Origin: Octopus sinensis
Taxonomy: Eukaryota
Direction: 5' to 3'
Assembly (NCBI RefSeq): GCF_006345805.1
Contig: NC_043001.1
Coordinates: 40,424,001-40,488,000, forward strand
Length of the DNA: 64,000 nt
The position numbers and the translations under genes are program-made. Shown piece after piece: positions 24,945 to 36,296 of the stretch (within the stretch, counting starts at the first letter, position 1; every line of letters begins with the position of its first letter). The notes beneath the pieces are model-generated. The model was given only the letters and a program-made list of their open reading frames with translations. It ran no database searches and was not told the origin of the DNA.

Positions 24945-25648
24945 TCATCATCATCATCGTTTAACGTCCGTTCTCCATGCTAGCATGGGTTGGACGGTTC
25001 GACCGGGGATCTGGGAAGCCAGAAGGCTGCACCGGCACGGAAGCCAGTGGAGGCAGCGCTGGCATCGGCCACGAGTCGGATAGTGCCTTTTACGTACCAC
25101 CAGACCAGGGATCCTGGCTGGTTCAATTCGGTTTCGATTGCCCCAACATGTCTTCGCAGGCAAAGAGGGTTGGCATGGGTGCCTGTCGTCGGATGAGGTT
25201 CTATATCGACTTCGCTTGCCTCAACAGGCCTTTGTGTCCAAGGGAGGAAAGGCATTCATAAGTGGGCTGGGCTCACTTGTCCTGCTTGGTCTTCTCACGT
25301 ACAGAATATTTCCAAAGGTCTCGGTCGCTGGTCATTTTCTCAGTGAGGCCTAAAGTTCTCTTGCACACCACAACTGATGCTTCTTAGGTACAACATTTCT
25401 CTCAAGGTGCTAACGCTCTGTCGAGTATGTACACTGACATTACACATCCATCGGAGCATACTGGCTTCATTCCTCACGAGCTTACACATGTCCTCAGCAG
25501 TCACGGCCCATGTTTCACTACCATGTAGCATGGCTGTTCGTACACACGCATCATACAGTCTGCCTTTTACTCTGAGCGAGAGGCCTTTAGTCACCAGCAG
25601 AGGTAAGAGCTCCCCTAAACTTTGCCCAGGCTATTCTTATTCTAGCAG
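24945..25648 (-). mobile_element. RTE-type LINE 3' fragment (ORF2 C-terminus, 3' UTR and (GAT)n tail)
   Basis: Reads ...KGLSLRVKGRLYDACVRTAMLHGSETWAV...RNEASMLRWMC..., followed by the abundant tail ending ccatgctagcatggagaacggacgttaaac(gat)n. Confidence 0.85.
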
Positions 25649-26845
25649 TTACACTTTCAGCGCACCCACCCACCCCACTACATGACTTGGTCACCTAGAT
25701 AACGGAAGCTATCAACTACTTCTAGTTTTTCCCCCTGGAAAGTGACGGAAGTTGTTTTCTGCAGATTTTCGGAGGTTAATGCTCCCGAGCATCTGCCACA
25801 TACAAAAACTATCTTCCCAGTTAGCCTACCTTTGACATTGCTGCACCTCTTATGTGTCCATAGCTTATATTACTGAAATAAGTATTACTTATTAATGCTT
25901 CATTAAGAATACTATTGTTAATAATCAATGAGCTTTATAAATTGCTCACAAGCTACAAATAAAATCAGTCCTAACAAAATTAATTTGTAACTGTATACAC
26001 CAAATCAGTAATGTCACAATAGAATTCTATAAATGTACACACAAAAATATATATTTTATTATTGAAGGCATACTGCTTAGTGAAGGCTATGGGTTCAATT
26101 CCAGGACCAGATGGTACATTGTGCTTTTGCAAGGCCACTCCATTCATGTTCCAGTCTATTCAGCCAACATTGAGTATTACCAAGTGCTTGTGTAGGCAGG
26201 TCTTCTTTCAAAGTGTCACCCCCTTGATATTCTATTGGGTGGGGTGGGTGGGGGCAATGTTTGCTCACAGCTACAGAGCAACAAACGAAAGCATATACAT
26301 ACTACTGAGCCATACTAGCCTGTAAGTAACAGCCATAGATTTTCTGGCTGCCTTTCTTTGCATTAAACTTTATTTTGCATGATGAGCCACCTAAACATAC
26401 ATATGTCGATTTCTGTATACTACATTCCACCTACGCACCTCCACACATGCGTATGTATCTGTATGTATATATAAATGACTTATGAAATTCACTTTGCAAA
26501 TTCATGATTTCTACTGCATGTAAGTGTAAGTTAATTTCTACATTAGCATGAAAGTGTAGGTCAGGGTGACTAATATTTTGAATGTAACTGCTAGATGGAA
26601 AGAATAGGGAAGCCTGCAGGTGAGGTGTGTACCCAAGTACCTTTCTCAGCTTGTTTTTACATTGCCATAAGTCTTTTGTAGATAATAAATCTTGTAACTC
26701 AGTGGTTTTGTTGTGCGAAGACTGATAGAAAAAAAAACTCCACAAAAAACCCTTTCTGGTGGGGAAAGGGAATACAACCAATGCCAAAACAGATGACAAT
26801 ACATGTGTATGCATGCACCTTACATTATTAACCAACATTACTAAC

Positions 26846-26963
26846 CTTGTGGTTCATATGGTACTCCACCATAAAAGCAAAAGGCAGAAAGCTCTCCACA
26901 GACTTTTAAGAAATCTTCATATACCTGTTTAGCCAACTCTCGAGTCGGGAGTAAGACTAATAC
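26846..26963 (-). CDS. DDX21: DDX21/DDX50-like helicase exon (motif Ia and GG doublet)
   Basis: ag|[40 protein letters not shown]|gttagt. 118 nt. Not in the ORF track. Confidence 0.95.
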
Positions 26964-27150
26964 CTAGAAAACATGAGAATTGAAATAAAAAAATTTTTAA
27001 ATAAAATTCAGAAAATATATGCAAAACATCATATAAAGAATAATAATTATTCAACATACCTTTCACTATTATGTGTTTCAATTAAATTCTAAAATAATTG
27101 TGAAATTTAGACTGGTTTTGTAAAACACAATTTTTGTTGAAATATGACTA

Positions 27151-27529
27151 TCTCTCTCTAGATAAATGCAGTTTGTCTGTGCGTTTTCTGTGTGTCTGTT
27201 TTCCTCGTACCCTCAACTCTGACCACGGCTTTCAACCGATTCTGATGAAACTTGACACACACATAGCCCAATGTCATAATTCAAAACTAACGCAGCGAAA
27301 ATTTTGAAATTTCCCCAGTTCTGAAAAAAATCGATAAATCGACATGGGGTCGAGAATCAGAACCCAAACCACAGACCGTCTAGGGGACGCAACTCCACCT
27401 TTTTTAACTCTCAAAAAATTTACCATCATTTTTTTTCCATTTTTTTGCTATTTTTTGGCTATAACTCTCTAAAAATGCTTTATAGTTATTTCCCTTACAA
27501 ACCTGAGCAACGCCGGGCGATACTGCTAG
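27151..27529 (+). mobile_element. Non-autonomous Helitron-like element
   Basis: A|TC...CTAG|T boundaries, with a subterminal GC-rich hairpin-like cctgagcaacgccggg. The 3' end is shared with 58342-58719. Confidence 0.65.
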
Positions 27530-27949
27530 TATATAATAATAAACAGATATAGCAGTTATTTTATAATAAGCGCAGAAAAAAGAACTGTGCACATTGATTG
27601 ATCTCCAATGTCATAGAGAACACTTGAAAGGAAATATACTAATGTAAATAGTCAATAAATTTTGAGTGATTTCTGAAGATTTAACAATTAGGTGTAGTTA
27701 GTTTCAAAAATATTGGATGAGAAATACTTTCAAATGCTTCCTTTTATTTTATTTTTAATCAATTTATCATCACTTCCACTACCACAGCCTGTTATTTTAA
27801 CAAAGAGCCTCTCCCTAAGAGTGAAAAGCAGATCTATGATACCTGCGTGCATACATGGGCTACAACTACAGAGGACATGCAAAGGCTTGAAAGAATGAAA
27901 CTAGCACACTCCACTGGATGGGTAATGTCAGTATGCATTTACAACAGAG

Positions 27950-28077
27950 TGAAGGGCATCCAGCTGTAGAAACTCTGCCAGATCAGATTGGAGTCTGGTG
28001 CAGCCATCTGGTTCGCCAGACCTCAGTCAAATCGTCCAACCCATGCTAGCATGGAAAGTGGACATTAAACGATGATG
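27950..28077 (+). mobile_element. RTE-LINE 3' tail copy
   Basis: gaagggcatccagctgtagaaac...ccaacccatgctagcatggaaagtggacattaaacgatgatg. Confidence 0.75.
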
Positions 28078-28094
28078 TAAATGATTTAAGATAA

Positions 28095-28620
28095 AAATTA
28101 GGTAAGAGGCATCAGTTGTAGTGTGCAAGAGAGAAGACTGCACTGGTATGGTTCATGTAAAGCATATGAATGAGAACAGTTGTTTAGAGATACCAATATC
28201 TAATTGTGGAAGGAACCTGTGGAAGAGGCAGACACAGGAAGACATGGAATGAAGTAATGAGAGGATCTTCAGACGTTGGGCCCCACAGAGGATATAACAA
28301 GAGACCAAGACTTCAAGCAGTTTGTTTGAGAAGATACATCAAACTAAGTAAGACTGTGGCTGTCCATACATGCAGGTATGTCTTATACGTCCTATTCTCA
28401 AAAAGGGGTCCTTGTCCTGGGGGCTTAGTACATGCTGCTGTCACAGAAAAAGTACTCATGCTGGTGTCACAGAAAAAGTACTCGTGCTGGTGTCACAGAA
28501 AAAGTACTCGTGCTGGTGTCACAGAAAAAGTACTCGTGCTAGTACCACATAAAAGTGCTCATGTTGGTGCCACTTAAAAAGCATTCAGTACATTCTGTGA
28601 AGTGGTTGGCATTAGGAATG
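28095..28620 (+). mobile_element. Diverged RTE-LINE C-terminus plus UTR
   Basis: ...VEGTCGRGRHRKTW... matches the RTE C-terminal GRGRPRKTW motif. Followed by UTR repeats and gaagtggttggcattaggaa. Confidence 0.65.
28432..28586. repeat. 26-bp minisatellite, about 6 units
   Basis: The unit gtgctggtgtcacagaaaaagtactc is repeated, the first four copies nearly perfect. Confidence 0.9.
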
Positions 28621-28827
28621 ATGAGGGGAAACTATCAAAAAATCCTAAACAACTGGCAATAGTTTACAGCTTGTTTACAAAATGAAATTCTGTTATCACT
28701 AATGTAATATCATGATTCTCATCAATATTTTGATTTAAATACAAACAGAAATCTTAGGTAGTTTTGAAAACGTAAGAATTATGTAGAATTATTACAGGTG
28801 TGTCATAAAGCATAATTATTTTCTTAC

Positions 28828-28899
28828 CCTAGGCATTCGACCTTCTTTTGTTTTCTTTTTTTTAATCAGTTTTTCTACCAGTGGCAAAACAAAGGAAAG
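28828..28899 (-). CDS. DDX21: DDX21/DDX50-like helicase exon
   Basis: ag|LSFVLPLVEKLIKKKKTKEGRMPR|gtaaga. 72 nt, phase 0/0, follows GKT as in DEAD-box proteins. Confidence 0.93.
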
Positions 28900-29676
28900 C
28901 TGAAATAAAACAAAGCAGTTAACATCTATTTATAAAGAGATAATTAAGGTACAATTTGTTTAACTGTCCCTAAACAAAATTTTAATATGTTGCTGATTAA
29001 ATAAGAGGAATACTTAAAATTTGTTTTCTAAACAACACCTATATAAATTCCATTAACAATGGTTGAGAAGTTACATTCAAAATATAAATAAATCATAATC
29101 TTTCCACAAACCACCGCTTTTGCGTCACTCAAAAGAGTTAAGTTAAAGGACATTTAAATAGTAGTAATACCAATTCCAAAGAACATTTCTCCCATGAACA
29201 AGAATGTTTAGTCTCAGTTCAGCACCGATGAAGCAGGTTTAGTGCTGAAAAGAATTCCTGTCATGATATGACATCTTTTTTTCAAGCAATGTACTATATC
29301 ATCCAATATGTTCTTCCTCTTTTAAATAAAGTTGTATGTAAGAATGTCTATAATGGAGGTAGATTTAGTGGAGGATTATTAGGTTCAGACATGGTTGATC
29401 CATTAATCTCAATAGATTTACCTCCAAAGACCATATAACTAATAAACAATTACTTTCACCTTCAGTCATTCTGTAACACACACCAAAATCATTTTAAGTC
29501 ATTCACTTCTATCTAAACTTTAATGTGGATGAAGATGGTCCAAGTAACTTTTTTGAATGAAAAGTGGTTTTCTTAACTTTGTAAGTGTAGATGCAAAAGT
29601 CAAAATATACCAACAATTTTCATTCACAGTTATGAATGAATGAAAATCAAAGAAATCATCAAATGAGCAAACTTAC

Positions 29677-29696
29677 TGTTTTTCCAGTGCCAGTTC
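29677..29696 (-). CDS. DDX21: DDX21/DDX50-like helicase 20-nt micro-exon (Walker A)
   Basis: tcttcag|GA ACT GGC ACT GGA AAA ACA|gtaagt = (R)TGTGKT. It is needed to join AQA-C to LSFVLP in frame. Confidence 0.92.
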
Positions 29697-31080
29697 CTGA
29701 AGACAGAAAAATGTTAAAATAAATTACAAAGAAACAGATGACAAAGAATGTAATAAATAATTTAGTGTCTTTTGTTTAAACTTTCAAGTATATTAGTAAA
29801 TACTAAAATAATCGTGAATTAACATTTTTGTTTATCAACATTTAAAGGTGGTGCTTGGATCAACTTAGCAAAAGATACTTAAATTTATGGTGGATTTTAT
29901 GATTCAGGATTCTAATTACAGGTAAATACAGGTGAATGTAATATTTATACTTTTGTTTAAATATCACTATGAAATACAAATTTTAATCAAAATTCAACTG
30001 GAACAAATGACAGAATTGTAATATCTGACATGAAAGAACCATGCAGGGATTGGATTTTCAATTGAACTCGATAGCATATAAAACAACTCCACATAACTTG
30101 ACATACACACTTTGTGAGGTTGCCTAGGATATACACAGGCACCTCAGACACTCCTCATTATACTGTTTCGTGTGTGCAGCAGACACTACTACTCATGAGT
30201 AAGATCCCCAAACAGTTTAAATCATTAAAAACTGGACAAAGCATGTCTACTAAATACTAGATTAGGTATTTCAACACATCACTTGATATTATTTGATTTC
30301 TAGAAATAAATCTTTCAAAAATGGTGCCTATTTACTTTTGAAATGTCTGTGTATAGCCAAAACATTTATCTCGCCTTATAATCTTCCTTCCTTACCTAGA
30401 CAGGTTTTATTGGCATATAAAACAATTATCTTTATAGAGTATGAAACAAGTGGCTTTAAAAAAAAATCACACGTAGGTCAGTAAGCTAGAAACAATATAT
30501 TAATGGGAAAAAGGAAGAATGCTGGATTTTACACTAACATTTGCAAATTCATTATTTGTCTTCCTTATTCCTTTGTTTATATTTTGCAAAGCAATTAGCC
30601 TCCAGAGTTATCTGGAATATTTGAATTTCTAAATTTGGCACTCTTTTCAAAAAAGGATAAAGCACTGTAAAAATACTAAGGTTTAAATAGGACTACCATA
30701 AAATCTAGAGAACATTTCCATAAGATTGTGAGGTAACGTGTAGTAAGTGTTTACATAGTGAAATTATATTACTGTTTACAACAGGCATGAATGCAGACAT
30801 GGTGTTTTGGCATCTTGGGCAAGTAGCCGTGATTCAATCTTAGCCTTATTCGTGGAATTTGGTTGATAAAACTGCGTGGAAGCCCACTGGAGGACCATTA
30901 CTGTTCTTGGGGGTAGACTTTATCATGTAGCACAACACCTTCAACTGGTCATTAGCAGCCTTTAGTGAAATATATTTTATTCCAACCATTCAAAACCGGG
31001 TCTCTGATATGAGGATAACTCACTTCCACAAGTTTCAAAGGACCTGATAAGGGTCACAAGTGCTGCACTTCTTTGATTAA

Positions 31081-32160
31081 CCCTTTTGTTACCAAACCGC
31101 CCCAAAAAAATTTTGGTTAATGTGACCAAACCGACCAAACCCGCCCATATTTACCTATTCATATTTAAATGAGAATATCAGAGCAAATCTCTTTAGTACA
31201 TTCGTGAAAACACGTGATTATACTTTGTAAACAGTTCATCTACAGTTTTGTACAAAGATCGAAGTGTAATTTTAATTCCGTGAATTTTGGGAGATTTTTT
31301 CCCAAAATTTGTTCCTATTGTGTTTTCAAAATTTGTAATTCTGACAAAAAATGGATACGAATTTCATTATATCAAGCAGCGAGTCAGAATTCGAAGGCTT
31401 TTCTACTGAAGACCTTGATAAATCTAACTCTATGACTGAAAAAAAAAAAAGCACGTGGTATTTGATAATGAATCTGATGTTTCATTTTCCGAAAGTGAAA
31501 ACAGTGAATCAGAGAGCTCCGACAGCGATAAAGAAAATGAATTGGCACCTGAATGGAGTGAAAATTTAAAAACTGTTTCTTTCGGTGATTTTTCTGAAGA
31601 AACTGGACCAAGCCACAGACTTTCCCAGGAGAGTAAAGTCTTAGACTATTTCTTTTTACTTTTTCGAATGAGCCTATTTGAAATCATTACGGCAGAAATG
31701 AACCGTTACACTAAATGTAAACAAAGCGAAAGAAGGGATAGTTTGTGGTTTCCCACAACCTTAAATGAAATTAAGACTATTTTGCCATAAATATTATTAT
31801 GGGTATCAGAAAGTTACCCAGAATAACAAATTCTATCGTAAAATTTTGTTGTATACCCAATTGAATATTAGCTAATAACCCATTTTCTATAGCGATGTTT
31901 GAACAAAATTTTAATAATTTTATATTTTGTTGAATTTACCTGTATCTACCTGCAATTAGAGTCACTTTGTGACAAAAATTATAGTATAGAATTGGTTGAG
32001 AACATTTCATTAAATTATCTTCCAAAAATCACATTAATATATTGATAAATAAAAAAAGTTATAGTTGTTTAATGAAACCAGACTAAATTTATGATTATGT
32101 TAGAAATTAATTGAAACACATAAGGGGTGTATTTTGGTCAGAAATATAGTAACGAAAGGG
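31081..32160 (+). mobile_element. Non-autonomous piggyBac element carrying a transposase N-terminal remnant
   Basis: TTAA|CCCTTTTGTTAC...GTAACGAAAGGG|TTAA. The remnant reads ...SESESSDSDKENELAPEWSENLK...LDYFFLLF..SLFEIITAEMNRY...WFPTTLNEIK. It is an inverted near-copy of 21806-22829. Confidence 0.88.
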
Positions 32161-32233
32161 TTAAGCAATAGACAAAAACATAGATTGCATTATGAAACCA
32201 ACACCATAAAGAACTGAAGGGAACAGGACTTAC

Positions 32234-32317
32234 GTGCTTGAGCAATAACATCGTGGCCATCATAGACATAATCAAAAGTTTGTGATTGAATTGGAAAAAG
32301 ATAATTGATATCATTGG
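32234..32317 (-). CDS. DDX21: DDX21/DDX50-like helicase exon (Q motif)
   Basis: ag|CC-NDINYLFPIQSQTFDYVYDGHDVIAQA-C|gtaagt. 84 nt. Confidence 0.94.
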
Positions 32318-33315
32318 CTGCAAAAAATTAAATGACAATAAGATAATGAAACAGTGCTGAAATATGAAAGATTAATTTAAATAATTTAGATAATGCATAT
32401 CAATGCTGGTCTTCAGTATTACACTGACTAAAATAACAGCAACTAAAGTGAAAAGTTGTAAGGATAACAGACCTCACAAAGTCTTTATATGGTAAACTGT
32501 ACAGTACAACAATCTTTATAGCCAGTCATTAATGAAATATAAGCCCACACCAATAATGGTAGCCGTAAGTGAAGAATGTAATTTATGGATGAACTTATGG
32601 CAAGATGTAGTAACACATATCTGATTTGCAACAGGAAAGCAATGTATCTGGTTTTCTCTTTTGTAATACAGTGACATGATCCTAGCTATTACTGACAGCA
32701 AGCATGAGTTCTTGTATCGATGAATCTGCCTTCTGACAATTTCATGTGAACCATGGTTGGTTTTGACTAGTTAGCACTTCATATTACTTCACATGCACAA
32801 TTCAGTTTATATTAGATGCCATACTAGTGGATTTTTTCTCTTTATTCTCATATATTCCACATTAACTGACTCAACAGATCTTTGGTCCAAATTGCATACC
32901 TATTGAATCAGGTTAGTTCTGATTACACAATTTTAACTATTTATATTTCACATTTATACAGCACTGTGTATAGCTATGTTTTGAAGAGAAGAAACTATGA
33001 AATGGTCAACTGTTGAAGACTGAGTATATCTTGTAAGTAAATAAAATAAATAGAAAGGGGAGCAGGAATTAAATACATTGCGTAAGCCCTGCATACAGAG
33101 AGATAAAAATCTTAATAGAATATATATATACAATACATTCCATCTATTCTATATACTATACCAACATAAATTCAACTTACTGAACCAATCAAGTTTTAGG
33201 GGAAATATTTATTTGAATATATACTATCAGAATTGAAATTGTCATATTGACTTTATTAGCAGAGAAAATTAGTACAATAAAAAAGAGTTTTAGCTGAAGA
33301 AAGAAAAAACAATAC

Positions 33316-33442
33316 CTTTCAATTTTTGAATAGAGGTGTCAGAAATACGGAAATTGCCAAAAGCACCAATTTCCACCTGGGGATCAACTTTGTCACTATC
33401 AGATGCACTAGACGCATTTCCATTCATATTGGTTTTGTTTTC
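33316..33442 (-). CDS. DDX21: DDX21/DDX50-like helicase, coding exon 2 (shared phase-0 acceptor)
   Basis: ctgacag|ENKTNMNGNASSASDSDKVDPQVEIGAFGNFRISDTSIQKLK-G|gtattg. GAFxNFxIS matches the DDX21 pre-Q region. 127 nt. Confidence 0.9.
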
Positions 33443-33716
33443 CTGTCAGTAAAAAAAGAAAGAAAACTGAAATTTTCTAATGAAGAAACAAGTGTTCAAA
33501 CAAAATGCTATCTGATTGTGTATTTAATTTCTCTTGATATGGCTTGGGAAAGGATGAAACTGACAAATTGATTTACTTGAAGATATACCAAAGTATTTTT
33601 AGCATATTTTAGTCTTACCTAAAATGACAAAAAATTACAACTGATCTACTTTGTCTCATTCAACTTAGTCAAAAATACTTGTATGCTCCTAACTTTTTAT
33701 CATATTTCTAATTAAG

Positions 33717-34780
33717 TACTGAATTGGTCAAAAAGTCCATTCAGCTTTTTTATGGGAAAATAAAACCAGTTTTAAACACAAAGTGATTTATTCAGTCAAT
33801 GATATAATTACTGTTTCATTCCAGTATCTTCTGCCATCTTGTGGGCAGATCTATTATTTTCCGTCTTTACAGTAAAAAAACACATCCAGGTGAAAATCTC
33901 AAGGTTCAATTTTGGGCCAATGTTTAGGGTGTGGCAAAACCTAGTGAAGCCCCAGTAACTTCTACCACACCTGTGGTGATGAAAGACACTGGCCTTATAA
34001 TTAGCAAGTGCTGGAAGCTTTTGGTGAATCACTCCATTTAATTTGTTCAGCTGGTCACAGCACACATCTAAACTGATGGTCCTGTCCATGAAAAGCTCGT
34101 GCAAGACATTTTTCCAATCCCAAATTGAAAATACAAACTTCAAATGAAATCTTGCTCTGACGGTTGTTTGTGGTGATTCAACACACTTCCCCTATGATTT
34201 GTTTGCATTTCACATTGTTACAGATGACTCTTTTTGCATCTCCGACCACCATTCTCCTCAAAAAAAAAAAAAAAAAGAACGTTTTCTTTACATTTCTGTA
34301 ACGAATCAGACTGAAATCTGCTGGGTGAAGTCAGTCTCGTTCGATGTGAGAGACCCAAAGACTGAGTCTGCTGACCTAAGTTGATGTAGATGGTTTACAA
34401 CACTCAATTTGGATATCCTGGTTGTATAATGGGGATTAATGCTGCTGTTAATCTCAGCTACAGGGTGCATCTGGAACCAAAAAACTTGATAACTATTTCT
34501 GGCACACACATTCCGTAAGAACATCCTCTCCATATACAGTACATATCATCCTGCAGGTTTCTGTCACTTTCTTGCCTTTTTTAAAATAAAACAGTTTAGT
34601 TTTCCATTTTCAGGGTAATCCCAAGCACACAAAAATGCAACCTTTCTCATAGCAGCAAGTCTGCAAACTGTGTTTAAGTGTCAAGTAGCTAATGCACAAG
34701 GGACAGACTGAAGTTAGCTACTCATTAGAGTGCTTGGAGTTTAGTGCCAACAAAAACTGAACTTTTTGGCTAACTGAATA
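33717..34780 (-). mobile_element. Decayed mariner transposon
   Basis: Frameshifted remnants RMVVGDAKRVICNNVK (IVTGDEKW), SIWDWKNVLHEL, VFHHHR (FHHDN) and VLPHPKHWPKIEP*DFHL (PHPPYSPDLAPSDFHL). Imperfect TA-flanked inverted ends. Confidence 0.8.
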
Positions 34781-35714
34781 CTTTTCAACTAATTTTAAAA
34801 GCCAGTGTTTATAATCAACAAAATCATGAAAGGCAGTTTTGATTAAAAACATACCTTTAAACTGAGCTGGTTGGTATTAAAAGGGTAAGATCATTTTACT
34901 AAATCCTACCAAATTCTTTATTTTCAAAATGAGTTCAAGCAGTAACAAAAGGGCTAAATGAATCCATCCCATTCCTTAACTAATACAGAATTAAAATGCA
35001 GTATGTAAAAACTAAAACCATGTAAAATTCCGCAATATTCTATATTGATAAATGAAATTGCTTTCCAACACAAGATAGTTAATTTAAATGATCTAGTGAA
35101 AACTTACAGTTAATAATTACTATATTCAAGTACCATTAAAATAAATTGTTGCAAACTATTTTAATTGACACTATTTAGGTGGTGGTTCAATAGCAAAACT
35201 TTTTTTTTAGTTACTCCTTGGTAAAATTACTTTTTATTTAAAGGAATAATTTTCATTAAAAGTATAAACTAAAAAGACATTGTAAATATCAAAAAGTAAC
35301 GTACTATTTATTATAGAGAAGTTAAGTATTCTATTGGTTGGGTTGCCACAGGACTGCAGCCATGCTTGGGCACCGCTTTCAAAGGTCTTAGTCAATCATA
35401 TCGACCCAGTACATATTTTACCGATCTGATTATCGGAAGGGACGTAATTCGACGCACCATTTTACAGCAATATAGACAAACCGATGGTTTCGAAATTCAC
35501 TACCAAATCTATCAAAGCCTTACTCAAGTCAAAGTTACAGATAACACTTGCACTAGGCGCCGCACAATAGAATCGATTCCGGAACCATGTAGTATGAAAA
35601 CTTCTGAATTGCATGGCAATGTATGTTATATAATTTTAAAACTTCTCAAATGAAATCAATAAAACCAATGAAACACGGGATTAGACTTAATACCACAATC
35701 TTAAAATATATTTT

Positions 35715-36296
35715 TATTCTTTTATTTGTTTCAGTCATTTGACTGCGGCCATGCTGGGGCACCGCCTTTAGTCGAACAAATCGACACCTGGACTTATTCT
35801 TTGTAAGCCTAGTACTTATTCTATCGGATTCTTTTGCCGAACTGCTAATTTACGGGGACGTAAACACAACATCGGTTGTGAAGCGATGGAGGGGGACACA
35901 AACACAAAGACATATATATATGGGGAGAATTCACACAAAGAAAGACGAAGATAGGTGGTGTAGACAACAAAAAGATGTATCAGTTTAACCCTCGAGAAGT
36001 GAAAAAGTCTAACGTTTCGAGCCTACGCTCTTCCACAGAAAGGAACACAAAGAAACGGAGAGAAAATAAAGAATGTATAGTGGCTAGCGATCTATCATGG
36101 CGAAAACTATATATATATATATAGATAGATAGATAGATATATACACACACATACATACACGACGGGCTTCTTGCAGTTTTCGTCTACCAAATCCACTCAC
36201 AAGGCTTTGGTCGGCCCGAGGCTATATTAGAAGACACTTGCCCAAGGTGCCATGCAGTGGGACTGAGCCCAGCACACAGCTACTCCTGCGCCTATA
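35715..36296 (-). mobile_element. Long SINE interrupted in its (TA)n by an approximately 180-bp insert
   Basis: SINE tail at 35715-35920 and head at 36110-36296, with foreign sequence at 35922-36102. Confidence 0.8.
36007..36043 (-). ncRNA. Degenerate minimal hammerhead-ribozyme-like motif (Penelope-type terminal repeat)
   Basis: Minus strand CCTTT-CTGTGGAA-GAGC-GTAG-GCTC-GAAAC-GT-T-AGA: a perfect 4-bp stem II and a palindromic AACGTT helix III. The core differs from CTGATGAA at two positions. Confidence 0.4.
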
